Shown here in pieces: positions 29,601 through 37,884 of a DNA stretch of 64,000 bases. Origin of the DNA: an uncultured virus (IMG/VR IMGVR_UViG_3300023081_000010) (Duplodnaviria; Heunggongvirae; Uroviricota; Caudoviricetes); the IMG/VR virus record IMGVR_UViG_3300023081_000010. One strand, written 5' to 3'. The first letter of the stretch is position 1, and each line of letters opens with the position of its first letter. A program made the position numbers and the translations under genes. The notes under the pieces were generated by a model. The model had not been told where the DNA came from and did no database searches. It saw nothing but the letters and a program-made list of their open reading frames with translations.

Positions 29601-31179
29601 AGGTACATTAAACAGCACAGGATTTACTGCAATCACAGCAAGACGTGGCAGACTTGTAGCTGTTAAAGCCGGTAGTACAACTGCTGCATGGTCATCTGAT
29701 GGTGGCGAAAATTGGACAGACGTTTCACTTCCAGCAAGTTCAAACTGGAGCAGTGTTGCTTGGGGTAATGGTAAGTTTGTTGCAACAGCTACAGACAGCG
29801 ATAACGCAGCATTTAGTTTAGACGGTGCTACATGGTCAGCAATGACAATTGGTTCACCTGACTCAACTACACCTGCAGGCATACAAAAAGTTGAATATGG
29901 TCAAGGTCTGTTTATGGCAACAGCATACAACGCTGCTGTTAACGGATATGACTATGTTGCACATTCACAAGACGGTATTAACTGGACATGGACAGGATAC
30001 GGTGACGGTGAAATAAGCTCAAGTAGTGGTGGTATTGCAATTGCATTTGGTGTTAACAAAACTAGACGCGGTGTGTTTAGTGTAATTGTTGGCGATGCAG
30101 GTAGTGATCAGCAAATTGCAATTTACACAGGTGCTACTGCTAAAGGTAGAGCATACGTTGCAGAGAATAAGATCTTTAAGATTACTATTGTTGAACCAGG
30201 CAGTGGTTACACAAGTGCTCCAACAATGACAATTACTGATCCAAGCGAAATCTACGCTGTACCAGCAGATGTTAGAATTGCTTCGGCAGGAACACTTGCT
30301 ACACCAACATTTACAAGTAGAGGAACTGGATATGTTTCTGCATCCGCTGATCTAATTAATGGTACAGGGGATGGTTATGCAGATTACTATCAGAGTGGTT
30401 CGTTTATTGCTGTTAGAAGACTAACAGAAGTTCCGGTAGCAGGATCAAACGTTGTGTTTGGACACCTACCAGGCGAAACATTCAAACTAGTTAACATCTA
30501 CACATTGCTAGGTAATGACAATGGATCTTACACTTGTTTCTTCCAAGTTTCACCTGAAATGAAGTTGTACAATGTTCCAACTCACGGAACAACTGTAACA
30601 ACTAGAATTAGATACTCACAGGTTAGATTGACAGGACATGACTTCTTAGATATTGGTACAGGTAGTTTTGCAGAAACAAACTATCCTAATGCACCAACAC
30701 AAGATCCGATTCCTGCACAAGAAACTAGAGAAAGAAACGGTGGTAGAGTATTCTTTACTTCAACAGACCAAGACGGTAACTTTAGAGTTGGCGGATTGTT
30801 TAACGTTGAACAGAGTACTGGTGTTGCAACATTGAATGCTGATGCATTTAACATTGCAGGACTACAAGAACTTACACTTGGTGAAGTTACACTAGGTGGA
30901 GGATCTGCAAGTATTGAAGAGTTTAGTACAGACCCATTCTTTACAGCGGATAGCGATAGCGTTGTACCTACTCAACGTGCTATTAAAGCATACATTAGTT
31001 CACAAATTGGTGGCGGTGGTGCATCGTTGAACGTTAACAGTGTTACAGCAGGTTTCATTTACATTGCTGGAACACAAATTACAACAACGACAGGCGCGGC
31101 GATAAGTATTAATGCTAATATGAACTTCAAAGGCTCAGTGGATGGTTATCCGTTGGCTTGGAGTTACTTCTTAAACTAA
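23632..31179 (+). CDS. Giant multidomain tail fibre/spike protein (2515 aa)
   Basis: Same architecture as 17999 with extra helical KC.RD repeats and HGL..GD-type domains; shared MAEFK..RIR N-terminus and TGHDFLD.GTG...GGRVF.TSTDQ.GNFRVG C-terminus. Confidence 0.8.
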   Translation: MAEFKLGRIRFVWKGDWAGSTTYYKDDVVRYGGKTFICAVGHTSDPDFYVNFNDVPSKWNTMTDGQSWKGDWSTATYYVLNDVVKYGGNLYICNTAHTSAATTSDGLELDTAKWDVYAEGFDWKGAWVAATRYKLNDLIKYGGVTYVCNTGHTSAATNALGLENDQAKWDYFNQGIEYKGSWVAATRYKINDIVKYGANLYICTTYHTSDVTSFTNDTANWASFVEGFEFSNDWNNSANYKIGDVVKYGGNSYVAKTHNTAKTPPDNGSDWGLFSEGFDFQSAWVNTTDYKVGQVVRNNGYSYVAIADSPSNDFTVTASTNGTNLFTTADTTGMTVGQSVQFSGTTFGNVNSDALYFVKTVDSGTQFTISTVHGGTVFEPDTATGSMTARVAAHPTEPNYWGRLNEGFSWQGDWTDDTDYEIGDVVKFGANAYVCVSRHRSEGDDGSTIGAEGGGADNSRPDQDLTGTYWNQLITGSETDILTTKGDLVYYGGAGVTRLPIGVEGQVLMAGAEYPQWRSLGSSDHVYFVAPHGTNNPYPVFGGTLDKPWSSIRYACQQVEHGPRLPNATKLLELNRTFIQKEVTEWINYQIEYNTVTVPDATSIWYNFTYDDNKCYRDIGWIVDAVIFDLRHGGNVKVRGAANAYVGGLEESENAGVKEYTRLSTESANDIAANNYMLTVVSNVLAQTDPTVNYQTTNGDLSTAVVAQWKDSDIIAESGVDAVVSSLVTIINNALEDGDTTRIPERVQPNNIIKVKTGRYREVLPILVPEHTCVIGDEIRATNAGPAVGTTHHTDTYYTLNTYQHLKGVIKDVITGATVTATTGNTEVQDIAVPFADTVESAEVDKLIETMIHNIDFRVGGLDLMTRTDPTGYNSSYLVGYGDARHLIEENKAFLQEEITLWIGVNYPNIKYSKTKCKQDIGYIVDAIAYDLTYGGYKATVDAATAYYDGIAGSLAIDSTEKTATIAAYGEMKTQLSAIAGNSVLTKLGNTLQYRSATAGSAAAIAHIEAALDVIINTITDVSTRPNLTIDSISSNVITTSGAHGLQVGDKIIPRTSGNGLTADTTFWVNNTAASNTFTVSQTYGGSTLSLSNGTGLGLVVDKIDYPIATNGVTSTTALITAAETLDAQQEALVSAMSNYLADNYPNLTYNADKCKRDMRLLLEGAMFDFMFNSNWQTIKNAYAYLRSTASDVYDLGQKAATRAAYQFVAETVAGDTATYLNGDTTAASRFATLFDNIDTIIYSGTTEGSRCSTEYRNAHHAREQLERNRAFIVAEAEAYIANTWNDTATATDAGTDAITISDTSWLQRGLAIKFNGTVLSPPVTTGGDGIVAGNTYYVHSILSSTTFTVAKMRNVADAMSLDTDTGSMGVELAYDKTFCLRDVGEVINALKYDIDYKGNYKTLLAARWYGNSVKGSLEEDMYYLRNGTGIRNQTLDGLSGDLTPPNSYGTSRVTAGAYCSLDPGWGPEDYRVWITSRSPYVQGVTTFGYAAIGQKIDGALHAGGNDSIVSNDFTQVISDGIGAWVANNGRAELVSVFTYYSHIGYLSTDGGRIRGTNGNNSYGDFGSVAEGFDSTETPNTAIVDNKFQFEAIISEVNTDGAQQVYNFEYENAGQEYTEVDTLISGAGTGASSYNDEFRNGAVHQVFLKDLVDDSTDAPEAAGNFGGFGYVSNANTAQGGTSTSITLAATDAETSSAYVGMVVYVTGGTGVGQYGVIATYNAGTKIATVTKESTGGSGWDHVVAGTTIASPDASSTYVVQPRVQFTSPGFGSSLQTLPTTGTWKDSAFGETTGVYVVSPSGGSGSGLSITVTKNGWKYKTTLVSGGANYARLENVTVLGSALGGTDGTHDLTITITSVDSNGAVLVYDEEGYGQPGVFVAVKTAANAGAYSMDGTNWVANTMPSTSNWTAVAHGLIEDGSTLAKQGRFVAVADSGTSAAYSDNGVTWVASALPASADWCGVTYDNGRFIAIASNSTTVAISLDGIVWDVTGTLNSTGFTAITARRGRLVAVKAGSTTAAWSSDGGENWTDVSLPASSNWSSVAWGNGKFVATATDSDNAAFSLDGATWSAMTIGSPDSTTPAGIQKVEYGQGLFMATAYNAAVNGYDYVAHSQDGINWTWTGYGDGEISSSSGGIAIAFGVNKTRRGVFSVIVGDAGSDQQIAIYTGATAKGRAYVAENKIFKITIVEPGSGYTSAPTMTITDPSEIYAVPADVRIASAGTLATPTFTSRGTGYVSASADLINGTGDGYADYYQSGSFIAVRRLTEVPVAGSNVVFGHLPGETFKLVNIYTLLGNDNGSYTCFFQVSPEMKLYNVPTHGTTVTTRIRYSQVRLTGHDFLDIGTGSFAETNYPNAPTQDPIPAQETRERNGGRVFFTSTDQDGNFRVGGLFNVEQSTGVATLNADAFNIAGLQELTLGEVTLGGGSASIEEFSTDPFFTADSDSVVPTQRAIKAYISSQIGGGGASLNVNSVTAGFIYIAGTQITTTTGAAISINANMNFKGSVDGYPLAWSYFLN

Positions 31180-31198
31180 TAAATGGAGATATAATAAA

Positions 31199-31519
31199 AT
31201 GGCAACAGGAATATTAGGGTCAGGTGATTTAAGTGCAGCCACACTCACTACTCTATATACCGTCCCTGCTGATACATTTGCTGTAGTAACAGTATCGGTG
31301 TGTAACAGAGGCGGAACGGCAAGTGAAATTAGAGTAGCTGCTGCGGCTGCGGACACACCAACTGATGCAGAATACATTGAATATGATTCACTGATTTCAG
31401 CAAACGGTGTTCTAGAAAGAACAGGTATCGTGTTAGATGCTGGTAAGAAAATTGTGGTCAGATCAAATGCGATTAACGTTTCAGCGGTAGTGTTTGGTAT
31501 TGAAACTGCTACAGCGTAA
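31199..31519 (+). CDS. Small beta-sandwich virion protein, paralogue of 13784 and 17285
   Basis: TTLYTVP...SVCN...ERTGIVLDAG. Confidence 0.7.
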   Translation: MATGILGSGDLSAATLTTLYTVPADTFAVVTVSVCNRGGTASEIRVAAAAADTPTDAEYIEYDSLISANGVLERTGIVLDAGKKIVVRSNAINVSAVVFGIETATA

Positions 31520-31533
31520 CGGGAGATAATACT

Positions 31534-31986
31534 ATGGGAAGAGTAGTTAATAACGGTATTGAAATACAGCCAAGAATGTTGATGGGCTCGACAGCAGAAA
31601 GGCCCTCTACAGTTAACGCTGGTGTTCAATATTATAACACCGATAGTAATCATTTAGAGTTCTATAACGGAACTGCTTGGTTACCAGTCGGCGGATTGAA
31701 TAGAGTAGCTATTACCTCCAGTACAGCAGCAGTATCTGGAACTGCTTATTGGGTAGATACCAGTGGTGGTCCAATTACATTAACATTACCTGCTTCTCCT
31801 TCAACTGGTGAAATTATTCAGATTTTTGACTTAAAAGGAACATTTGATACAAATACATTGACAATTGCAAACAATGGTAATCCTATTATGAGAACCTCTG
31901 ATGCAATGACAGTTACTACAGAAGGCGCAGCATTTAAATTAGTGTATTCAACTGCTACAGAAGGTTGGTTAATAGAGAACATTTAA
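31534..31986 (+). CDS. Tail fibre connector-like protein
   Basis: GSTAERP...YYNT...EFYNG.AW plus VDTSGGPITLTLPASP..GE.I.I.D motif (as in T4 gp34-type repeats). Confidence 0.7.
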   Translation: MGRVVNNGIEIQPRMLMGSTAERPSTVNAGVQYYNTDSNHLEFYNGTAWLPVGGLNRVAITSSTAAVSGTAYWVDTSGGPITLTLPASPSTGEIIQIFDLKGTFDTNTLTIANNGNPIMRTSDAMTVTTEGAAFKLVYSTATEGWLIENI

Positions 31987-31997
31987 GGAGTTATTAG

Positions 31998-32849
31998 ATG
32001 GCATTTGATTATCAGTCACTTAAGAAGATATCTAACCAGGCAATTGTTGACGGTACAATAGCTTCTCAAGATATTGGTAACTTGCAAGTTACAGCAGGAA
32101 AAATCGGTGCAGGTGAAATTTCAGCTGCAAAGATGGCTCCTAGCTCTGTTGATTTAGGCGGAGCAAAAGTTACAGGCACAGCTGGTGTTGCACAAGGTGG
32201 TACTGGTTTAACTAGTACTAGCGGTGCTTACAGAATTGTAAGAAGTACTGGAAGTGGCTTAACAACAGATAATCATGGTGTTGCTAGTATACAAGTTTGG
32301 ACAGGTAACGGTACATGGAGCAGACCATCCGGTGTACGATACATTAAGGTACAAGTACAAGGTGGCGGTGGTGGTGGATCAGGTCACGGAGAAGGTGGCG
32401 GAGCCGGTGGCTACGGTGAAAGATTCTTAGACGTTACTGGAATTAGTTCAGTAGGTATTAGCATTGGCGGCGGAGGTGGCGGAACATACTACGCTAACCG
32501 AGGCGGTAATGGTAATACATCATCATTTGGACCATATCTTTCTGCACAAGGAGGACATGGTGCTAATAGACAAAATCAACACTCAGGTGGTGTTAGTGGT
32601 GGCGCAGGCGGCGGTAACTTAAATATTCACCAAGGCGGCGGATTTAGTCATCACGCAAGAAGTGCTCAGAGTTGTGCTAATACGTTCTTTGGTGGAGGCG
32701 CACCTGGAAATCACCCACAAGGTGGACACTTTGCTCACAATCACCAAAACCATTGTACACAAGGTACAGGTGGTGCAGGCGCACACTTCCACGGACATAG
32801 AGGTTCAGACGGAAGACCAGGTATGGTTGTAGTAACAAATTATTATTAG
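31998..32849 (+). CDS. Gly/His-rich tail fibre tip/adhesin-like protein, paralogue 1
   Basis: TW.RPSGVRYIKV.V.GGGGGG glycine-rich domain, HPQGGHFAHNHQ motif, C-terminal G.PG.VVV..Y. Confidence 0.75.
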   Translation: MAFDYQSLKKISNQAIVDGTIASQDIGNLQVTAGKIGAGEISAAKMAPSSVDLGGAKVTGTAGVAQGGTGLTSTSGAYRIVRSTGSGLTTDNHGVASIQVWTGNGTWSRPSGVRYIKVQVQGGGGGGSGHGEGGGAGGYGERFLDVTGISSVGISIGGGGGGTYYANRGGNGNTSSFGPYLSAQGGHGANRQNQHSGGVSGGAGGGNLNIHQGGGFSHHARSAQSCANTFFGGGAPGNHPQGGHFAHNHQNHCTQGTGGAGAHFHGHRGSDGRPGMVVVTNYY

Positions 32850-32862
32850 GAGCAAGAAATAG

Positions 32863-33720
32863 ATGGCATTTAATTATCAAACACTTAAAAAATTAACAAA
32901 CGAATCGTTATTAGACTTAACTGTTAATAGCGGTGACTTTGCTACTGGTGCTATTGATACTGCTCAACTTGCTGATAATACAATCACAGGAACAGAATTA
33001 GGAACAGGTGCTGTTAACCTAGGAAGTTCAACAACATCAGGATCACTAGGAACAACTAAAGGTGGTACTGGAATTACAAGTTTTGCAGGTGCTTATAGAG
33101 GTTTAACAGTAAACAGTTCAAATAACGGATTAACATTCCAACCAATTGGTATTAGAGGAATGACAGTTTTTACAGGTAGCGGCACTTGGAACAAACCAGC
33201 AGGTGTACGTTATGTTTATGTACAAGTACAAGGCGGTGGCGGAGGTGGTTCAGGCCACGGAGAGTCAGGCGCTGCTGGAGGATACTCAGAAGAAATTGTT
33301 GATGTAACTGGTGTAAGTTCAGTATCAGTTGGTGTATCAGGAGAAAGTGGCGGAACATATTATTCTAACGCAGGCGGAAATGGCGGAGGTTCTAGTTTTG
33401 GACCTTACTGCTCTGCAAGTGGCGGTCATGGTGCCAATAGACACAACCAGCATAATGGTGGATTACCTGGCGTAGGATCAGGTGGAAATTTAAATATTTA
33501 CTGTGGTGCAGGTGGTAGTCACGAACAACGTTCGTCAGGAATGGGCGGATCGAGTTTTTGGGGAGGCCCAGCACCAGCAGGACACCCACAAGGTGGACAC
33601 TTTGCTCACAATCACCAAGGACATTCAGCACCAGGAACTGGTGGAACATCAGGATACTTTAGTGGACATAGAGGTTCAAATGGACGTCCTGGTTTGGTAG
33701 TTATTACCGAGTTCTATTAA
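32863..33720 (+). CDS. Gly/His-rich tail fibre tip/adhesin-like protein, paralogue 2
   Basis: Same architecture; 36 nt identical to paralogue 1 (33583-33618 = 32712-32747). Confidence 0.75.
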   Translation: MAFNYQTLKKLTNESLLDLTVNSGDFATGAIDTAQLADNTITGTELGTGAVNLGSSTTSGSLGTTKGGTGITSFAGAYRGLTVNSSNNGLTFQPIGIRGMTVFTGSGTWNKPAGVRYVYVQVQGGGGGGSGHGESGAAGGYSEEIVDVTGVSSVSVGVSGESGGTYYSNAGGNGGGSSFGPYCSASGGHGANRHNQHNGGLPGVGSGGNLNIYCGAGGSHEQRSSGMGGSSFWGGPAPAGHPQGGHFAHNHQGHSAPGTGGTSGYFSGHRGSNGRPGLVVITEFY

Positions 33721-33742
33721 TAAATATGAGTAGGAAATAAAG

Positions 33743-34597
33743 ATGGCATTTAATTATCAAACACTAAAACAACTAACTGGGGTATCGTTTGTCGACGGTA
33801 CTATTCAGACAGGAAAAATTGCAAATACTAGTATTGTTGCTGACGATGTTGCAGGCACAGCAGTTACAGCTGGTAAACTAGCAAATAATGCAGTAAATTT
33901 AGGCTCATCTGTTGTAACAGGTACTATTCCGGTAACAAAAGGTGGTACAGGACTTACAAGTGTTGGCGGAAATAACACAGTTTTAAGAACTAACTCTGCT
34001 AACAATGCACTAGAATATGCACAAGTTGGTTTTAGTGGAATGCAAGTGTTTACAGGTAGTGGCACTTGGAATAGACCATCTGGTGTAAGATATATTAGAG
34101 TTAAACTAGTTGCTGGTGGAGGTGGCGGATCAGGTCACGGAGAATCAGGTGGTGCTGGTGGATACTCAGAAAGAATTATGGATGTAACAAGCATCGGTTC
34201 AGTATCAGTAAGTATTTCAGGAGAATCCAGCGGAACTTACTATAACGGTAGAGCTGGCAATGGCGGCGGTTCTAGTTTTGGACCATATATGTCCGCTCAA
34301 GGCGGCCACGGTGCTAATAGACAGAACAACCACTCGGGCGGCGTAAGCGGCAGTGCCGGTGGAGGAAATTTAAATATTCACCAAGGTGGTGGCGGCGCCC
34401 ATCACGATAGTTTTGGACCAGGCGGAACAACATATTTTGGAGGTGCAGCACCTTCCGGTCACCCACAGGGAGGACACTTTGCTCACAACCATCAAGGACA
34501 CTCTGCTCCAGGTACAGGAGGAACAGGTGGATACTTCCATGGACACCGCGGTTCAAATGGAAGACCAGGACTTTGCGTAATAGAGGAGTATAAATAA
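33743..34597 (+). CDS. Gly/His-rich tail fibre tip/adhesin-like protein, paralogue 3
   Basis: Same architecture; preceded by TAAATA at 33721-33726. Confidence 0.75.
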   Translation: MAFNYQTLKQLTGVSFVDGTIQTGKIANTSIVADDVAGTAVTAGKLANNAVNLGSSVVTGTIPVTKGGTGLTSVGGNNTVLRTNSANNALEYAQVGFSGMQVFTGSGTWNRPSGVRYIRVKLVAGGGGGSGHGESGGAGGYSERIMDVTSIGSVSVSISGESSGTYYNGRAGNGGGSSFGPYMSAQGGHGANRQNNHSGGVSGSAGGGNLNIHQGGGGAHHDSFGPGGTTYFGGAAPSGHPQGGHFAHNHQGHSAPGTGGTGGYFHGHRGSNGRPGLCVIEEYK

Positions 34598-34601
34598 CAT
34601 T

Positions 34602-35102
34602 ATGAAAAAAGCACTTATCGGTTATCAAGGCTGGGTATCCGAAATTAGAAACCCCGGCGAAGAGTATGAGATTTACAACGGCCCAGATGCGAATATGCAA
34701 TGGGTTGATGCACCTGATGAAATCACACTAGATTGGACATTAGAATGGTCTCCGTCTAGACAAGAGATGATTTGGGTTGAAAGAGATATGCCTTATTCAC
34801 CAAATGCTAACGAAGTAGCAAGAAAAGTTGCATACGGTGAAGTTGGCGCTCAATTAGGTATGATTTATGACGAGCTAAAAGCAACAGGAACCATTTCGAT
34901 TAATGGTCCTTGGGCTACACACATTACAAATGTAAAAGCTCTAATTGATAAACCACTACCACCAGAACCACCAATGACACTTGAAGAATTACAAGCGAAA
35001 GCTGCTGTCGAAGAACCTAGTGTAGATAAAGCAAATATGCCAGGTACTCCGGAAATTCCAGCATGGAGACGCTACAGAGGTTGGTGGGGCAACCAACAGT
35101 AA
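34602..35102 (+). CDS. Putative tail fibre assembly chaperone/adaptor
   Basis: ARKVAY..V..QL..IYD.....W...I..VK motif typical of phage fibre chaperones; TATAAATA-N5-ATG start. Confidence 0.55.
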   Translation: MKKALIGYQGWVSEIRNPGEEYEIYNGPDANMQWVDAPDEITLDWTLEWSPSRQEMIWVERDMPYSPNANEVARKVAYGEVGAQLGMIYDELKATGTISINGPWATHITNVKALIDKPLPPEPPMTLEELQAKAAVEEPSVDKANMPGTPEIPAWRRYRGWWGNQQ

Positions 35103-35121
35103 TTACTCACTCCCTATTACG

Positions 35122-35155
35122 GTAAAAAGGCACTTTCTTTAAGTGCCTTTTTTAC
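35122..35155. terminator. Rho-independent terminator ending the fibre operon
   Basis: GTAAAAAGGCACTT-TCTTT-AAGTGCCTTTTTTAC. Confidence 0.9.
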
Positions 35156-35178
35156 TGATCACACCATAAAACTTCAGC

Positions 35179-35184
35179 TAAATA
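35179..35184 (+). promoter_or_regulatory. Late promoter TAAATA for the left arm of the enzyme cluster
   Basis: Directly after the terminator, before RBS AAGGA and ATG 35212. Confidence 0.6.
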
Positions 35185-35211
35185 ATATACGTACTTAATA
35201 AAGGATATAAT

Positions 35212-36834
35212 ATGAAATATAAAACAGTTACCATTGTAGGCGGCGGATCTAGTGGTTGGATGACAGCGGCAGCACTTTCAAAACTTTGCCCACATCTAGA
35301 TATAACACTGGTAGAATCTCCGTTCGTAGGGCCAGTAGGTGTCGGAGAAAGCACACTTGGACACATTAATAAATTTTTACGCTTATTAGATTTAAAAGAT
35401 GAAGATTGGATGGCAGCTTGTAATGCTACATACAAAAATTCTATTAGATTTACAAACTTTAGAGAAAAAGACGGTACATTTTTTGAATATCCTTTTAGTA
35501 ACGGCTTAGACTTTACAGATAAACCTAATGGAATCAGTGATTGGATTTATCTTTCTGCACTTTATCCTAAAGAATTTGGTCCTGAATCTTTCGCTGAATT
35601 CTTTGCTACTGGTAATACACTACTAGCAAAGTATAATAAACAAACTAGAAATGAAGATAAAATTATTAGACATTTTGATTTTAAGTACGACACAGCATAT
35701 CATATGGATGCTAGTTTGTTTGGTCAATATCTAAGAGATAATATTGCTTTGCCAAATGGCGTTAAACACATTAAAGCAGATATTCATTCTCACAAAAAAG
35801 ATAACACACATACATATATTCAACAAGTGTTTTGCGAAGATGGAACTATATTAGAATCAGATCTATGGATTGACTGTACTGGATTTAGATCTATAATGTT
35901 AGAAAATTGGATGGGATCTCACTTTATTCCTTTCAACAAACATCTAGCAAACGATAGAGCATGGGCAGTTAGAATTCCTTATACGGACAGAAAAACACAA
36001 ATGCATAATGTTACTGATTGTCATGCATTAGATAATGGCTGGGTTTGGACAATACCATTGTGGAATAGAATAGGAACTGGTTATGTTTTCTCTACTAGAT
36101 TCACAACAGAAGAAGATGCTAAAAAAGAATTTATAGATTACCTTGCAAAATATCATAGTCCTGAAGTTGCTGAAAATGCTGAACCTTTTATGATTAAAAT
36201 TAAACACGGTAAACGTCATAGAGCATGGAAAGGAAATGTTGTTGGTGTTGGATTAAGTTATGGCTTTGTAGAACCTCTTGAGTCTACTGGGTTATTGACA
36301 ACACACGAAAACATTGTTAAACTAGTTGAAGCATTAAACAGAAGAGAAGGTTATGTAACACGTATGGAAAGAGAAGGCTTTAATATGGCTTGTGATTACG
36401 ATGTTACTAAGTTTAGAGATTTTGTGTCACAACACTATGCATGGAGTATGCGTCAAGATACACCTTACTGGAATTGGTGTACAGAAATAAATGATTATGA
36501 TCCTGAGATGCAAGGAGAGTATTTACTTCGACACACACAGTATTCTCATATGATGGATGCAATTATGGGTAATAGTTCTTATGTATTAGATTATACCGGT
36601 AATATGTTTATTGCCGCAGGTATGGGAATTAGACCAATGGGAACTCCAGAACTAGTTTATAATACAGGCGATAGAATGGACCAAGAACTTCGCGAAGAAC
36701 AAATTGGTTATACTAGACGCAGACATGAAGAATATAAACAATTCATAACAGATTATATTGCTCAGTTACCAACACATTATGAGTACCTAAAAGAAAATAT
36801 ATATGGCGGAAAAGACGAATACGATAGTGAGTAG
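35212..36834 (+). CDS. Flavin-dependent (tryptophan halogenase family) halogenase 1
   Basis: GGGSSG FAD motif, GVGEST, catalytic-Lys motif ATYK, GWVWTIP, FVEPLESTG. Confidence 0.92.
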   Translation: MKYKTVTIVGGGSSGWMTAAALSKLCPHLDITLVESPFVGPVGVGESTLGHINKFLRLLDLKDEDWMAACNATYKNSIRFTNFREKDGTFFEYPFSNGLDFTDKPNGISDWIYLSALYPKEFGPESFAEFFATGNTLLAKYNKQTRNEDKIIRHFDFKYDTAYHMDASLFGQYLRDNIALPNGVKHIKADIHSHKKDNTHTYIQQVFCEDGTILESDLWIDCTGFRSIMLENWMGSHFIPFNKHLANDRAWAVRIPYTDRKTQMHNVTDCHALDNGWVWTIPLWNRIGTGYVFSTRFTTEEDAKKEFIDYLAKYHSPEVAENAEPFMIKIKHGKRHRAWKGNVVGVGLSYGFVEPLESTGLLTTHENIVKLVEALNRREGYVTRMEREGFNMACDYDVTKFRDFVSQHYAWSMRQDTPYWNWCTEINDYDPEMQGEYLLRHTQYSHMMDAIMGNSSYVLDYTGNMFIAAGMGIRPMGTPELVYNTGDRMDQELREEQIGYTRRRHEEYKQFITDYIAQLPTHYEYLKENIYGGKDEYDSE

Positions 36835-36835
36835 T

Positions 36836-37618
36836 ATGCTTAACAAGATTAAAAATTGGTTTAATTTTGATAAGAAGCCTTATATAAGATTTTATTCTAC
36901 ATTTCCAGGTGTTATGGATTTATATCCTCCTATTAGAAGTGTAGAATTAAAGAGACCTTTTACCAAATCAGAAACTCCGCCAAATGTAAGACCAGTTAAG
37001 CAATGCCCGGGCATTTTAAAAATTGCTTCAACAGGATGGATTATTACGGCTCCAGCAGATTTTGTAATTCAAACTACTGGTGACGGAGCAAGTTTTAGTT
37101 GGAGAGAACCAATTCAATTTGACAAAGGAATGCCTGGAACTGAATCTTATATTGCTTCACACGATTCGTCACAAACTGATCCTATTTTAGACAGTGCAGA
37201 AGATACACTAAGAACAGTAATTAAAGTTGAAACTCCGTGGAGAGTTGAATGTAGTGATGACATTGTTTTTATGCAATTACCTGTAACATATAACAATGAA
37301 AGCAGATTCCAAGCAGCTATTGGAATATTAGATCCAAGATATTCACACGTTGTTAACGTGCAATTATTTTGGAAACAACTAAATGGAGAAACGTTAATTC
37401 GAGCAGGAACTCCACTTTGCCAATACATACCAATCAAAAGAAAAGACTTGCAATATAATTCGTTTGATGTTAGTATTGAAAATGCAGATGAGTTAGATTA
37501 CCAAAAAGAAAGAGCATATAACTTTGCAGCCAATTCTATATTTTTAGAAACGGACCAACTGTCTTCAAGACTGCAAAGAGCTTCTAAAATTCTAACTAAG
37601 TATAAACACAGAGGATAA
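36836..37618 (+). CDS. Hypothetical protein, possibly dUTPase-like beta fold (start probably ATG 36836)
   Basis: KQCPGI...GWII.AP.DF, K..TPW, G.LD, I.AGTPL.Q.IP pattern typical of genes in phage oxygenase clusters. Confidence 0.5.
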   Translation: MLNKIKNWFNFDKKPYIRFYSTFPGVMDLYPPIRSVELKRPFTKSETPPNVRPVKQCPGILKIASTGWIITAPADFVIQTTGDGASFSWREPIQFDKGMPGTESYIASHDSSQTDPILDSAEDTLRTVIKVETPWRVECSDDIVFMQLPVTYNNESRFQAAIGILDPRYSHVVNVQLFWKQLNGETLIRAGTPLCQYIPIKRKDLQYNSFDVSIENADELDYQKERAYNFAANSIFLETDQLSSRLQRASKILTKYKHRG

Positions 37619-37623
37619 TAACA

Positions 37624-37884
37624 ATGGAAAAAGTAAAAGGAAAACTGTTAGGTGCTATTGAGAATGTAAAAATTCAAAAAACAGCAGCAGAAGCAGAACT
37701 CGCAAAACTAGAAGAAGATTTTGCAAACGTTAAATTGAATCCATACGGCATTACATCAATTGACTTTAGCAAAAGACAAGAACTGTCTCAAGATGTACTA
37801 AAGATGGAAGGTACAATGATGGGTATACAATTAGCTGTCGATTTGCTTGAGGAACAGGGTCAAAACGATGGAAGCAGTGAATAA
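37624..37884 (+). CDS. Small coiled-coil hypothetical protein
   Basis: RBS GAGGA; helical heptad pattern. Confidence 0.7.
   Translation: MEKVKGKLLGAIENVKIQKTAAEAELAKLEEDFANVKLNPYGITSIDFSKRQELSQDVLKMEGTMMGIQLAVDLLEEQGQNDGSSE

Noticed and set aside
31998..34597. Diversity-generating retroelement template/variable repeat pair
   Set aside because: All three copies are full genes, differences are not confined to adenines, and no reverse transcriptase is in the window
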